Of a stretch of 64,000 bases of DNA, positions 13,656-27,200 are shown piece by piece. Numbering within the stretch: position 1 is the first letter of the stretch; the number at the start of each line of letters is the position of its first letter. Source of the stretch: Asterias rubens. Taxonomy: Eukaryota. The translations under genes and the position numbers were made by a program. The DNA lies in contig NC_047081.1 in NCBI RefSeq assembly GCF_902459465.1, forward strand, positions 62,001 to 126,000, given 5' to 3'. A model generated the notes under the pieces. The model did no database searches, had not been told where the DNA came from, and worked only from the letters and a program-made list of their open reading frames with translations.

Positions 13656-14903
13656 TACAACCAATAATACAGGGTTATCAATCATAAGTCACAGATCTGA
13701 CAAGCATGACGTTTTTAAATCATAAACAATTTACCATTGTATTTAGTACATAGTTTATAAAGTTTGACCACAAACCAGTAAAGTGCCGTTTTATTTAAGA
13801 CAATAGTCTCCACCAACGACTTATGTGACTTTTGATTTTCCACTAATGAGTGTTAACCCTCTAAGGTTTTATTTTGCTGGGACTTTCCAAAATATTCAAA
13901 TTAAATCTCTCTTTCTATCAGCTCATCAAGTTTCAAGGTGGATGAGCATGCCATAAATACCGCCCTCTATTGAAAAAGTTGTCACAAATTTAATGAACAA
14001 CTTTTTAAAGATACTTTACTTCAGTTAACTACAAACTACTACTGGTTAAAACGTCTACAGTATATGTTGGCCATTTGTATCCTAAAATATGTGGAAAAGG
14101 TAATCAAAAAGCAAGAAACAATACTCTTTCAAAAACATCACATAAACATCAAAATAAAATCTCATAAAATATTTTTCGATAGGAAATTAGAATAAAAGAA
14201 AGACAATTTTGAAACAAATCTTTTACAGAACTAGATAGAGCTTGATTTCTAAAATAAAACGATTTCAAACACAAAACTACAACTACTTTATATAATTATG
14301 ATGATTGATAAAGCCAAACAGTGGAAATAATATATTCTTTGCACTTAAGCAATTGAGTATATTTTTGCAAGCAGAAGTTTTATTTCATATTTACATTATA
14401 ACCCTTACCATATTCCTTTTGGGAAACAACAAATCAAATTATTTAAAAAAGTCTTTTAAAGTATAATGATGGGAATTTATCTCTCATTAAGAAATATTAC
14501 ATTTGTTCTAGAAAATGTTTTTAATAACAATTGTTTGCACCTTCTTTGCACCTTCAAATAAAAATAAGTCCTGAAACAACTTTTTATAACAAGTTACGGA
14601 TTATGTGTACAATAATAATAAATGTTACCTCATTACAAAACTGCGATTGTCGGTCTTACTTAATGCAGTTTATAACAATTTATAACAATTGTGCAAGTTC
14701 TAAGAACACATGATTGTTGATTTGCATATCAATTCATAGTAATACATTCATTCCAGTATATTTAAACATTTTGAATTATAGATGAAAATACATGATTTGT
14801 AGCGCAAAGATCAGGTGTAGACAAAGTAGGAAAATTTCACTGCCAGCTTTTAATGGATAACAAGACATTATCAGTTATAAAAAATATATGACAAGATAAA
14901 CAC

Positions 14904-15436
14904 CAGGCACTTCACCATAGAGCTGGTAAGCAGAAAACAGTTTATCAAGTTTATTTGCTTACCAAAAACTGTGTAAGTAACCTGTTATAAACTCTTCATA
15001 AATCCAATTGCATTTTAGCTGGTGACTTGCTTTTTTTGCTTAGCAGCTAAGCCAAATGACTCCATAAAGCTATTAAGCAAAAATTATTGATTACATCAAG
15101 TTTAAGATGGTTATTGATTCCAACTAGTATACATTGCATGGTAATTTGGCTCGCTGCTTAGCCGTTTGATGAAACTGGGCCCAATATCATGACTCTGCTC
15201 AACGTAAGCAAAGAATCAGCACTTATTGAAGCAGGGAATTCCGCACTTATGTCAAGCGTATTTCAAAGGTTAGCAGGGAATTTCTGTTTGTGGACAAGCA
15301 TACTATGTATTTTTCGCTTAAACAGCTAGCACAGAAATTTGGTGCTTGCACAGTAAGCGTAGAATGGTGATCGTAAGCGTAGAATGGTGATCATAAGCAC
15401 AGAATTCAACGGTAAGCAGAGCCATGAAATGGGACT
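14904..15436. mobile_element. Two abutting MITE-like elements with GGCCCAATTTCAT-type termini
   Basis: Element ~15177-15436 has TIRs GGCCCAATATCATGACTCTGCT / AGCAGAGCCATGAAATGGGAC. The element to its left ends in TGATGAAACTGGGCC. A second copy of the 15177-15436 body lies at ~16440-16650, and a related left end at ~21984. Confidence 0.6.
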
Positions 15437-15542
15437 ATCGTTTGTAGAGAGATAATGAGAAGTCAGAGCCCTTTTGGATATAATATCACATTATCATTAG
15501 TCCTTGATTCGTACTCAGTAATTTCTCTTTACCTGACTGCAT

Positions 15543-18500
15543 TTATGCTGTGGTTGCAGACATAAAAGACTTTGATTCTTGTCCTTGCTTAAAAACAGTG
15601 ACTGGTAGTAAAGGATGACCTGTGCTCTTTAGATAGTTCTGTCAAACAAACAAAAAAGGCGTATAACATTAAATACGCAGAGCATTAAACAGTTACCAAT
15701 TACAACAATGAGACTTTGTGAAAGACCATTCAAGGTTCAAATTGTGCCTTCAATATTAATTCAGTCTATTCTTTACATTGTTCTTTCTCATAGATCTGTA
15801 TTTTTTATGTACACACATTCAAGGGGTCTCCATCCACCAAGCTCGCTTTTAGGAGACCTCCACTTCATCTATTAAGGTGTTTTCTCATGTAATGTTATAT
15901 TTTGTCATTTTAAATGATTGAGTGGAAAAAATTGAACAATGAACTTAAAGATAAATAAAACACAGAAAACCACAACAAAAACTTAATTGATAGCAATCCT
16001 CTGTTTCCTACATTATTGGTCTAAGATACTTACGTGTGCATATGTCATAGCATTCTGTTTCTCTTGGGGACTTGCTCCCTTGCCAACCCAGACAAAGCAA
16101 TCTTTTGTTGTATCAAGGATGAAGACATCCTAATATAAAAAACAAAAACAACAAATGTAAAAATAAAAATGGCAAACTTAATGAACAATAATTGGGATAG
16201 GCAGGCATAATGCTTGTAACTGACTATTGGCATAAACTGACATAAAATATTTGATTAATGTTGGCATTGATATTGTGCTTTTAATCCAGAATGCTCCAAA
16301 ATGAACTGTCATCATTAATTAAAAGAGTTCTTCTTAAAATACTCAAAGAATTTTTAAGAGCAACATGCAACCTAATATCAGTAATCATAGAGTACATTTA
16401 TTCAGAAATCGTGCATTTTCTATGAAGTTATGCCAACCGTAAATAAAATAAAACGGCGCTTAAGGTAACAGGGAGTTACGCATTTACGTGAAGCCCATTT
16501 CATAGGTTAGCAGGGCATTTTTGCCTGTGCGATTGTGTACTCCACATGGCTAGTCATTCTTCGTTACACAGCTAGCGCAGACATTTGGTGCTTGCACTGT
16601 AAGCGAGGAATGATGATCACAAGTGCGTAATTCTGCGGTAAGCAGAGACATGAAATTTAGCTTAGATGGAAGTAGAAGATCTTGTTGACATACCTCAGGA
16701 GAAAGATTGCTCCGACTCAGTGTTCCTTCATTCTGAACTGTGGAAAACTCAAGCTGTCCGGAGTTATCTGACAACCTGACAAGAAAAATATATAAGTAAA
16801 TCAACTTGTGGCTTCTTTGCAAACTTGAAGAGAATATCTAATGAGTTCCGAGATTGTTCAAAGTTTGTGAAATAATGGCAAGTAGAGGTTTCAGCACACT
16901 AACTCTAACAAACATGATGGCAAGAGGAAGTCCAACAGAATACCAGATATGATGTAATCATTTGCTAATATTAATAGTCAGCCAAACAGACACAGTTTGG
17001 ATTTTTGGATTTACAGATCAAGAAAACAGGTTTGGTCAAAGTCCTGTAAAACCCAACTATTCCCACTTTGAAGATGTTACTGGGACTGGGGATGGATGAT
17101 AGATACGTCACTGTGGTAAAACCCAACTATTCCCACTTTGAAGATGTTACTGGGACTGGGGATGGATGATAGATACGTCACTGTGGTAAAACCCAACTAT
17201 TCCCACTTTGAAGATGTTACTGGGACTGGGGATGGATGATAGATACGTCACTGTAGTCTAAGGGTTACACTGCAGGACTTGCAATTACCAGGTTGTGAGT
17301 TTGAAGACTAGAGTAAGTATTGTAAGTATTCATAACATAGACGTTAAACCAATGTTTGGCATTTATATCCCGTTGTGGGAGCTCCCTTGAAGGGAAGATC
17401 ATCTAAACAACCAAACAAACAAACAAACAAACATGGCTTACTTGAACATGGAAGGAACTGATGTAGTGTCTGGCTTATCATCAGCACTACTCTCAGATGA
17501 AGCTGTTTGTGGAATATCTTCAAAGCATCAATGTCCCATACTCACAAACAACCAAACAACCAAACAAACAAACATGGCTTACTTGAACATAGAAGGAACT
17601 GATGTAGTGTCTGGTTCATCATCAGCACTACTCTCAGATGAAGCGACTTGTGAAAATATCTTCAAAGCATCGATGTCCCTTACTCACAAACAACCAAACA
17701 AACAACCAAACAAACAAACAAACATGGCTTACTTGAACATAGAAGGAACTGATGTAGTGTCTGGTTCATCATCAGCACTGCTCTCAGATGAAGCTGTTTG
17801 TGGAATATCTTCAAAGCATCGATGTCCCATACTCTCTACAGTCTCAGATGTAGCCTTCCCTCGTGTGTTCTTAATCTCCTGAATCCGGGAAATTCCCTGC
17901 AAGCCACCAAAAAACAATAACAATAAATGGAATGAATGGAGCTCAGAACACCAACCCAAAGCAATCAGCAGCTGATGTCACCAAACGCTAGGATTAATCC
18001 GATCTCGTGTTAGGTTAGTAACTCATCCTAACTTAAGATGGGTTCAATGCGTCCGAATGTCTGTGAACATGTAACTTGACTCATCCTAAGTCCCTAAGAT
18101 TAATACTAGGTTAGGATGAGTTTTGTGAAATTGCTGGCAGCACCGAGCCATACAGTTCCTTGAATTTGGCGAGGAAAAAATAAACTCTTTACAAAATGTA
18201 GAGTGTCATGGCTGAGTGGTTAAGAGCATCGAATTCAAGTTCTGGTGCGTTTTCACCGGAGTGTGGGTTCGAATCCCGGTCGTGACACTTGTGTCCTTGA
18301 GCAAGATACTTTACTATAATTGCTTCTCTTCACCCAGGGGTATAAATGGGTACCTGCGAGGGTAGAGGTTGATATTGTGAATGAAAAAGCCTTTGGAGCG
18401 ATATAAACTGTTGCCCAGGTTGTATACTCCCAAGGGAGCTGAGAAACATTAAAAAGGGATGTTATTGGCCCTATGACCAGGGCACTAATGTAAAGCGCTT

Positions 18501-21210
18501 AGAGAATTAAGTGTTAGTTATTAGGCGCTATATAAATCGAAAGTTATGTTAAAATGCAAATGTTGCTAAGACAAAGTAACATAAAGTTAAGAATGAATGC
18601 ATCAACACAGACAACAAAAATATAATAATAATTTTCACAAATGCAGATGGTGCCTAAGATAACTCAAAAGTCTCATCCATGAGCCACATACTCTCAGGCA
18701 GATATCACTCCGTGCAACAGTATACACATTACTAAGACAATACATTTTGATCCAATTATGGTTCATTCCTATGAGACAACTTACCTTGTATTTCTCCATA
18801 GCATTGCAAGTACTTCCACAAAACAAGTAGAGTTTATTTCCCTTGTCAATAATGTACACATCATCATCCGTGACATTGGCCATACAGAATGGAACCTAAA
18901 TTAATCAACAAGAGAAAAAGGTTACATTTATTACAAACAAGTAAACATTTGAGGTCGCCCTAAGCTGCGCTGGATAGACAATATGACGAGGAGAAGTAGA
19001 AGTGTAGGAGAGCTGAGAAGAGTAGGGAATGAAAGAGAACAGGTGATGGCGGTGACTCCAGGAGTCCGTCACAATTACAATTGCAAGTCTTTGCTGAATG
19101 ATGAATGATGAAGTAAATGATTTGAAGTGATGTCTATCAAACAAACTTCTTCATTAAAATAACTTATCAAAGAAATTAAAAAGAATTGACTGATTAGAAC
19201 ACATGTTTTTGTTGTACAATATTTTCTTTGAAACGAAAGGCACCTATTGTGGTAAACATACAGTGTTACATGGATGGCATGTTTAATGTACACAGGAGGA
19301 TTGCCAGAATAAATTCTCTGAGAATCAAAGTTTGTTGTGAAGACCAACTTGAGTTTCTTAGACTGACCTCAGTGACTTGGACTTTCTTAGATGAGCCTGA
19401 AACTTTAAGGAGTCTTGGTTTGTACTGTTCTGGTTCCACATGGTTGAAGCCTGTGTCTACTCCACCATCCATTAAGCTGTTAAGAAAACGCAGTATTATA
19501 ATCATTATTATTTATTGTCATCTTCATCACTCAGTCATTAGAGACAATTATTGTAATACAGTACAAAGGGCCAAAAATGTTCCTTTCTCTGCTTAAATAA
19601 GAGACCATTCTGTGTATACCAATAGTCCCAAAAAACATTCTGTGTATTTTAAGTCTCACCAATAATCTCATTTAGCAAGAGGCAAATTGATTGACTTAGT
19701 TAAACATGTGGTTTTTTGTTTCAACTTTGACACAAAGTTTTTGTGAAAGCCCCCCTGTAATTTCCTGCGGACAAGACATGGCTTATCTGAATTTCAAAGG
19801 TTAAAATAAATTACTACACTTTAAATGTTAATCCTTGAACCTTGTTTCAATGATTGTGGGATACTGCGCCTTTAACGCTGAGCGCCTTACAAGCAGGAAA
19901 TTACGATCACAAGAGGCTACCTGTATGTAACCAAAAACAAACATTTCATCAATTAGGATAATAGGGAGTCAGGCCCATGCTATCATCGTAAAAGTCTACC
20001 ATTTGGACCAAAATTTACCATTTGGATAAACTTACGTGAGGCTCTTGAAGTAAGATTTAAAAAGTGAAGATTCGTTGCGTGCAACTTCACGATGTTGGAC
20101 TGGTCTATCATCAAGAAGGGTGTCCAACTCTACTGTCTTGTAAGCAGCGGTACCATACTCATCCTAACAGGGTGGATGGAAATACAATAATGTTAAAAGG
20201 GTAAAGTAACATCCAGCAACAGAGTCCAGAAGTCTCCTCAAGATGATCAGAGCATAGTGGTTGAAACGTTGAGTCGGTAAACCACCGGTTCTTTTCAGAA
20301 TCAACACTACACAAAAGAGATATTCACATGGTGTTACCGCAAACCTCCCTTAGTTATAAATACTTCCACTATGCAACCATTCAGTTTCAAATCCTACTTA
20401 AAGGGGTAAAGGGAAAAATGGGGGCCAAAGAAGTCACAATGTATCGTACTTATATTATAGCAGATTAAAATGGGTTTGAGTGAATGAATTGGGTTTTAGT
20501 TTGTTGTAGGGTCATGGTGAGTGATAATTGGTTTACATGACAGTGTGAGCTACTATTTCCTATCTGAATCAATCAATCAATCAAGCTACTGACTGCCAAC
20601 ATAGGGCTGGATAGCTAAGTTAGTAGAGCACCTGGTACATTAATCTGGAGGTAGTTGGTTCAATTCCTGCTCCAGTCAATTTTTCTTTCTTCGACTCCAA
20701 ACTTATACATACCTGAGATGACTCTGAACCAATCCAGAAATGTACATCATACTTCAGAATATCTTCTCCTGGATCTTTCTGTAAAGAAATTTCAAATAAA
20801 ACATGTTTAAGAGAGGGTGCGGTTTTGGTACTTATTAGATATCACATAAAATCCAGTTAGGTTTAAGTTGATGATGGCATCAATTTCTGGAAGGACCCCA
20901 TTATGATCTTGGATTTATTTCTTACCCTACATTGCTTTGGACTAAAATGCTTTAAGCAAAGACTTACATAGGTATTGAGCAGAATGTAAGAGTCTCCATT
21001 GAAGAAGTTTCCATATTCCTCCTTTGGCCAATGCTCGACCTTGAACTTATTGATGCGCCAGATCTGCATTCCAACCTTTTCTCCAGCTCCTTCCCAAGCA
21101 GGCTCAGATTCAGCAGATTCTTTCTTGACTTGCTTCTCAGTATCGGACCCAAACATAGCAAGATTGGAATCCTTCCAGTCGTACTTCTTGGCTTTGATCA
21201 TCCCAGACAT
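15543..21210 (-). CDS. Gelsolin-like protein (three-domain), paralog B, ~364 aa, 9 coding exons
   Basis: Exons 21210-20968, 20778-20713, 20163-20036, 19476-19368, 18895-18785, 17896-17733, 16775-16694, 16129-16034, 15638-15543; GT-AG with compatible phases. [30 protein letters not shown]..., [47 protein letters not shown]. Intron positions match paralog A except one. Confidence 0.95.
16440..16650. mobile_element. Second copy of the 15177-15436 MITE-like family (intronic)
   Basis: Shares GGTTAGCAGGG, ACAGCTAGC..AGA.ATTTGGTGCTTGCAC.GTAAGCG and GGTAAGCAGAG.CATGAAAT with the first copy. Confidence 0.6.
17046..17255. repeat. 70-bp tandem repeat, 3 copies, intronic (gelsolin B)
   Basis: ACCCAACTATTCCCACTTTGAAG at 17051, 17121, 17191. 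Confidence 0.95.
17433..17834 (-). repeat. Triplicated 3' end plus splice donor of gelsolin B exon 6
   Basis: A ~110-bp block (last ~100 nt of the exon plus GTAAGCCAT) occurs at 17724 (real), 17574 and 17433, separated by (AAAC/AACC)n. Confidence 0.9.
18203..18537 (+). mobile_element. tRNA-derived SINE, apparently full length
   Basis: A-box TGGCTGAGTGGT (18209), B-box GGTTCGAATCC (18266), central TGTGTCCTTGAGCAAGATACTT motif, tail TAAAGCGCTT...AGGCGCTATATAAAT. Confidence 0.85.
20232..20275 (+). mobile_element. Degenerate Penelope-like terminal fragment with hammerhead-ribozyme-like core
   Basis: GTCTC-CTCAAGA-TGATC...GGTT-GAAA-CG-TT-GAGTC resembles the minimal type I hammerhead (CUGANGA...GAAA-CG-UH) known from PLE repeats, with core mismatches. 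Confidence 0.45.
20601..20690 (+). mobile_element. Short tRNA-derived SINE-like element
   Basis: GGCTGGA...TCCAGTC acceptor-like stem, A-box TAGCTAAGTTAG, B-box GGTTCAATTCC, T-rich tail. Related degenerate copies at ~27320-27402 and ~44511-44598. Confidence 0.65.
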
Positions 21211-24200
21211 GGTGGTTATTTGTCAGGTAAAAAACTTCAAATCAGCAAAACTTCAAATCAAAGAATCAAATCTGAAATCAAATAAAAAACCTGATTAAAT
21301 GTCATAATGCGTACCTACAGTAAAAACAATTTTCCTGTCAAATTTAACCTAAAAACGACCCCAAAACCCAAACAATTGCAGGACAACATTAAATTCCTAA
21401 AGTATACAAACAAGAAGTTCAAACCTTTCTAACCTATCAATTCAACATGAACAATAATGTTTTGTTTTTTTTAATTCCAATGTGTGGCCACAAGAAATTT
21501 GTGTTTGTTGTTACTACCTTACATGAATGAATGAATGAATCATACTCCATGTAGATCCCCTGTCCAAAATATGAATGAAAAGGAAACACACATTTCAACC
21601 ACAACTAGTAAAGTGTAAGATCTATTTGAATTATACACGGTACCAGCAGTATTCAACACAATTGTTCGTTCTCCTTCAATCGTGCCAAGGTTAACAACCA
21701 GATATAAACAAAAGAGAAGTTTAAATTAAAGACCTTTAATATGTGTTGACCATCTTACATAGACCCCAGCTGGTCTATAGAGAGACAATTATAGAACTGA
21801 AATGAAATCTGCCTTATTTATAATGATTACAATCACATGATGTGACTATTGATGCTGATAGGGTGCAAAGATGACACCTGTTCAGAAGAGGTGTGGCTCT
21901 ATCAGGATAGTCACTCCGTCACATCATTGGGATTTAACAAATCAACTTACACATAATGAACCCCAAATTGGATGTTAGTACAGGGCACAATTCATAGAGC
22001 TGCTTAAGCACACTAAGTAGCTAAGCACAACACTATTATGCTTACCAGAATAAGGTCACTTGCCAAATATACAATGTGCCAACACAGTTAAATCAGAAAC
22101 GGTATCCTACTGTAGCATACATGTACAGTGTTATTATAGTAAAACTCCCCTCTGATTCAAACTCTACATTATCATAAAACAAATAGAGTCTTATTGAAGA
22201 GGAAATGTTGTCAATAAAATACAAAAAACAGTCCAAGTTTGGTTGTGTGAAAGTGTAGCTAACTAGCTAAAAGGAAGGAAATTGGACCCGTTCCCGGGTG
22301 CCAATCTAGAGTTGTAGCAGGAAGACATTTGTTATTTGACAATGTAAGTAGGTCATCAGGGTGTAACAGTGCTCATGATAATGTGTGGGTAGGAAATGCC
22401 CATATTTATGAGTTTTGTTGTGTTTTAGTATGCTGCAATGTACAATGTACTGTGTGCATGCTGTTGTAATGTACATTATAAGCAATGCATGCATGCATGC
22501 GGTGCAGTGCATATTGAGTGTGTTTATCATTGATGATATCGTAAATACGAACATGCAATATTTATGTTAAGCTGACAGACAAATAAGAGCTTTTGTAGCA
22601 ACAACTACTTCATTAGATGCTACAAAAGCTCACTGCAGTTTACTACAAGAGACCAATATTAGAGTGTTTCTGTGAAACAATCCAAGCAGTTAAATTACTA
22701 ACTCTTTGAAGTGATAATGGAACCATGAAGGGAAAACAACACTAGTCAGAAAAGCACCAGAATGACAAGTGAATTAGGGCTGACCTTTGCCACATTTATA
22801 AAAATGACTAAAAATAGCCGTTAGACCGCCTCCTTGACAACGAAGCATAGACAGAGTACATGTTTGTCGTTTGTCTGTGGTGACTCAAGGCGACTCAAGG
22901 CGTACTGTAGCATCCCCATCCTGAGTGGATTGAGTCATCCATAAAGAGGCTAGTGATGTTACCTTAGCAACAACAACACACTATAGGCATTTACAAATTA
23001 GTCTTCTACTAGGCATGTTATTTACTCTGGATGGATGAGATGTGGCAGTAACAGATTCCTAATACTACATGTACAGTTCCTTACTAATGGCAATATTTTA
23101 AATTGCATGTAAAAAAACACACATTTCACCCGCATTCATAAAACATAAAAAAAACTTGTTAACATAACTTTGACAAGTACATGTAGACTTTGACTACTCT
23201 GGCAGGCACAATACTGCACAGGTCATATGGGAAAGTTGACAGTTTGTGTCATAATTTCCACATAAATCCAAGAATTAGCACAAGTTGATAAGAACTAGAC
23301 AGTGCAATCTCCATAAAATATAAGATGTTTTATTTCTTCCACTAAGCTGTGTACAAATCATGCCTGCAGGAAGTCTAGGCTCTGTGGCTATTTTGTAATC
23401 GTGTGATGTCACAGGTCACATCGTCTATACATGTACTTGTCAGAATTTGTTTTTAAATGACAATGTAATTTTTTAGTTTGATGTACATACATGTAGGCCT
23501 ATGCTTGCTCTGTTTTAACACTTTTAAGTAAACAGAAAAAGCTGTAAAACCTGACACTTTAAGACAAATTGAGCACTTCCATCTTAAATTGTTGGTGTGT
23601 ATTTCCCAGATATGTGCTATAATCACCACCAAGAAAAATAGCCCACTGCACCCAACAACTGCCATGTTGCACTGTGCTTTTGCTGTGGTGCACTCTACAA
23701 GGTTCCAATACATATTGACATTTTCCTCCTAGAAGTGCCCCTCTGCTAGATGATGGAAATTGCTGTACCCCTTCAAGAGTGAAGGTCAAGGCCTGTCCTT
23801 GTAGGAATACTGCCAATCAAAATAGTCTTTGTTTCCATTTATAAAAACCCAAACTCCCTCCTACATAATCTGTGGGTTCAGGTCACTAAGATGCCAACAC
23901 GTTCGGTAGTGAAAAGAACCACTAACCATAAAACGCCCACTCCTACTGTCCTAAGGAAACGCTTTTGGAAAACACCCAAGCTAATTCATGCCCCAAAATG
24001 GCTTGTTGAGTACTTGTCAACACCAGTGTTTTGTTTACATCCTGTTCGAGTGTGTGGATGTCCAAAAAACAAAACAACAAATCTGTAAACAGTTTGTTTA
24101 TATTCAACAACTTTGAGCTTTAAAATAAGCAACAAGATGACTAAATCTTTCTGTATGAGTGTGTTCCAAATTGGTTAAAGTGGTGGTGCATGGATTATTC

Positions 24201-27200
24201 AAACTTTAAAAGATAGAATTGCAAAATTATGTTGAATGGAAGTGAAGTTCTGACATCTAGAACTGATACAATTGATATCTATGTAATTACCCTGATCAAG
24301 CTGCCTTGAGTTTAACATAGACCGAAACACTGAAAAGGCTTTATTAGTACATTATGTGTAACATAGGATTATAAATGTAGTAAGTAGAAGGTACTCAACA
24401 AAATTACATTATTAAAACAATAGTCTCAACAACCAAGTGCTCACAACTGAACAAAATGTTTTTTCCAGTACACTGCATGCACATTATACATGTAAAACCG
24501 GGTGTCTTCATTTGGCAAACCTTTATGAAGTTAATCAATTCCAGAAATAGTAACTATGAGCAGTGAGTAATGTATTTGTTTACATGCACAGACTAAGTGA
24601 AATAATTCTACTATAACTTGCCTGTTTTCATTAAATACAGGGAAGTAGATTAGAAACTAAAGTATAACTAAATCATGCCATGCTTACCACTATGTGTGTA
24701 GTTCCTCCTTGCAACCAGTACTGAATGACTATCTCTAAAGTAATACAGCAAACACCACAATGCTCACAATCACTACAAAAGTCAATTCCAAAAAAGGATG
24801 GGCTGCCGGCGGCCGGTGCCCACTCATCGGCCGGTACCCTCAGCCTTCACCCCTTCAGGGTTGATTTAACCTAACTTTGCCTGGTTGCCATAGAGACAGG
24901 AAATTCAAGGCAGTGTCTACATAGAGTCTTATTTCCTCATCCTGCTACTATGTGTCACTCTCTAGGCCAAAGGTTAAAGGGGTACATCCATAAGGACTAA
25001 ACTCACTAAACTAACTCTAATTCAAAGGTTACTAAGTGTCAATTACTAGGGTCAAAATCCTTCAAGTAAACTCCTAGTGCTTGAAAGCGTTTCAATCTTT
25101 AAAAACTCACACTCTAACATAAGCATATTTCTAGAAATAACACAAACTTTTCAGCTAAAAAATGTTTGCCAATTTGTCTAATAATGTAACTGATTCTAGC
25201 CATCTATTTTAAAGGAAGTTTCAGACTGTAGAGAATGGTACAAAGGTTTACTTAAAATATGCTAATATCAATATTGCATTAAATCCCTATCAGTTTGTTT
25301 AACAATCATGTGGACAAACTGTGTAAAGAAGTAACATACATACTTTAGGTATTAGTGTTTATTACATTATGAATATCGGTCACACAGGAAATAACTACAT
25401 GTAGGCCCACCTGTTTTATACACAGCTTATATATGGAGAAAAAGCAATACATTGTTAGTGTTCTTTACATGGTACAAATTTATGCTTCAATAATAGTACA
25501 CAACTCTACATCACTAATAAACAAGAACATATTTGGTTTATTTGTGTCAATGAATGAAAGACTAATTTAAGATTTTAATCTCTTTAGACAGTCTTTATCA
25601 ACGTAGTCGGTGTTTCCTCCCACTCAGCCACAAAAATACTTCATACACAAATACTACAGGGCAGGATTTATGCACGCACACCGTTCTAGCAAACACGGCT
25701 ACTCCTACTTACCTTGTACAGGGTGTCGTCAATCAAAGTATTATACCCATTTTGTTTGGGGTACAAACCCATTTATTGACTAGGTAGAATGTCAAGGTAT
25801 GCCAAGGCCTTGTAAGGTCAAATTAAATTATTCATATTGAATCACCTTACTATGGTGGTTCTGCTTCACTTCAAAATACTTTAGAAAGAGAAGAACAGTT
25901 AAATGTAGGCCTACGTGGACTTCAAATTGTTACTATGAGTATTGTGCTATGAGTAAATGTATTATGCCAACCACAAAAATGACTGCGATAAAAGTGCTTG
26001 ATCTCGATAACTTTCTTAAACTCACTTTATTGTGCCTTTCCTCCAGGGGTAAAGGTCTCGGTGATACAATGTGTTTTTGTCCATGTGTATGTTTACACTC
26101 AACATCTCTTTGTGATCATACAACATATCAAATAGTGGTGTACATTTTACAAAACTACATGGAACAGTCGATGGGTACATTGTTGCAGAATAACAAAACC
26201 CTTCCCTTCTTTTGATTTAATGTTTTCTCTCTACAATTTTGAATGGTCGTGAAGAATGATCTTGAATATTTTAAATGATGAAGAGTTCTTCTTTTATCAT
26301 AACAACTGTTTGCAAAACAAGACTTGATAACTGAGATATAATCAACTGTTATTTGTTGAACACTATGAAAACTTTAAGCTTTAGATTCAATGTTGTTCAC
26401 TCTACAAAGACCCTAACGACAGGACATTGTCAAGGACACGCTCCAGGGTTCCAGGACGTTATATGACCTTCTAAATCCCAAAACGGAAATCAGCTTAAAT
26501 CCAGGAAAAGTGGCCAAACCCGTTAAAGTCTATGAGATATCTTGTTATTGTATAAACTCATGTGGTATTTTGTTGTTAGTAAGCTGCAGACATTTATAAT
26601 TAATCAATCTAATCGTACCCATAAGAAGTTCCATTTCAATTGCTGCGTGTCAGGCATAATGCCAGACATCAGCCACGCAGGTTGTCATGTTGTACACATG
26701 TTACTCTTCTTACATTGTTATCCTTCATACTTCAAAACCCTCGGAAGGAAATTGGCTGTTAGTTGCAGACATTGCAAAGGTTGGTTACTCAAGCACACAG
26801 TACTGACATTATACATGTAGACATATCCAGTTGATCTTTTAGTTTTCATCATAAGCCTCTTGTCTGTCTATATGTACAATATGGATATGAAATCTTATAT
26901 GTTCACTAGGGTGGCATTTCACTTTCAGGTTGAGCCGCTACTACTACTATCAAGGAAATGTAAACCTGTAATAATCATTTTAAAAACAGGTAGGCGGAAG
27001 GAAAGCAGATTCAGGAAATTTAAACTTTAAAGGGAGGACACAAATTATTCCTCATACCAGTCTTTGTTCGAAATAAAAAAAACGCCTGGAAATACGGACA
27101 GCTCTCTTGACATGACTGAAAAACAATTTAATAACCTTTGGCAAAGAGAATAATGTTCTTTGAAGGTCGAGTATTAGTATTTGTCACAATAGCCACTAAT

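Noticed and set aside
17433-17882. 149-aa plus-strand ORF with repeats
   Set aside because: Antisense reading of gelsolin B exon 6 and its duplicated copies.
20605-20678. Functional tRNA gene
   Set aside because: The anticodon and D stems do not pair properly, and degenerate dispersed relatives indicate a SINE.
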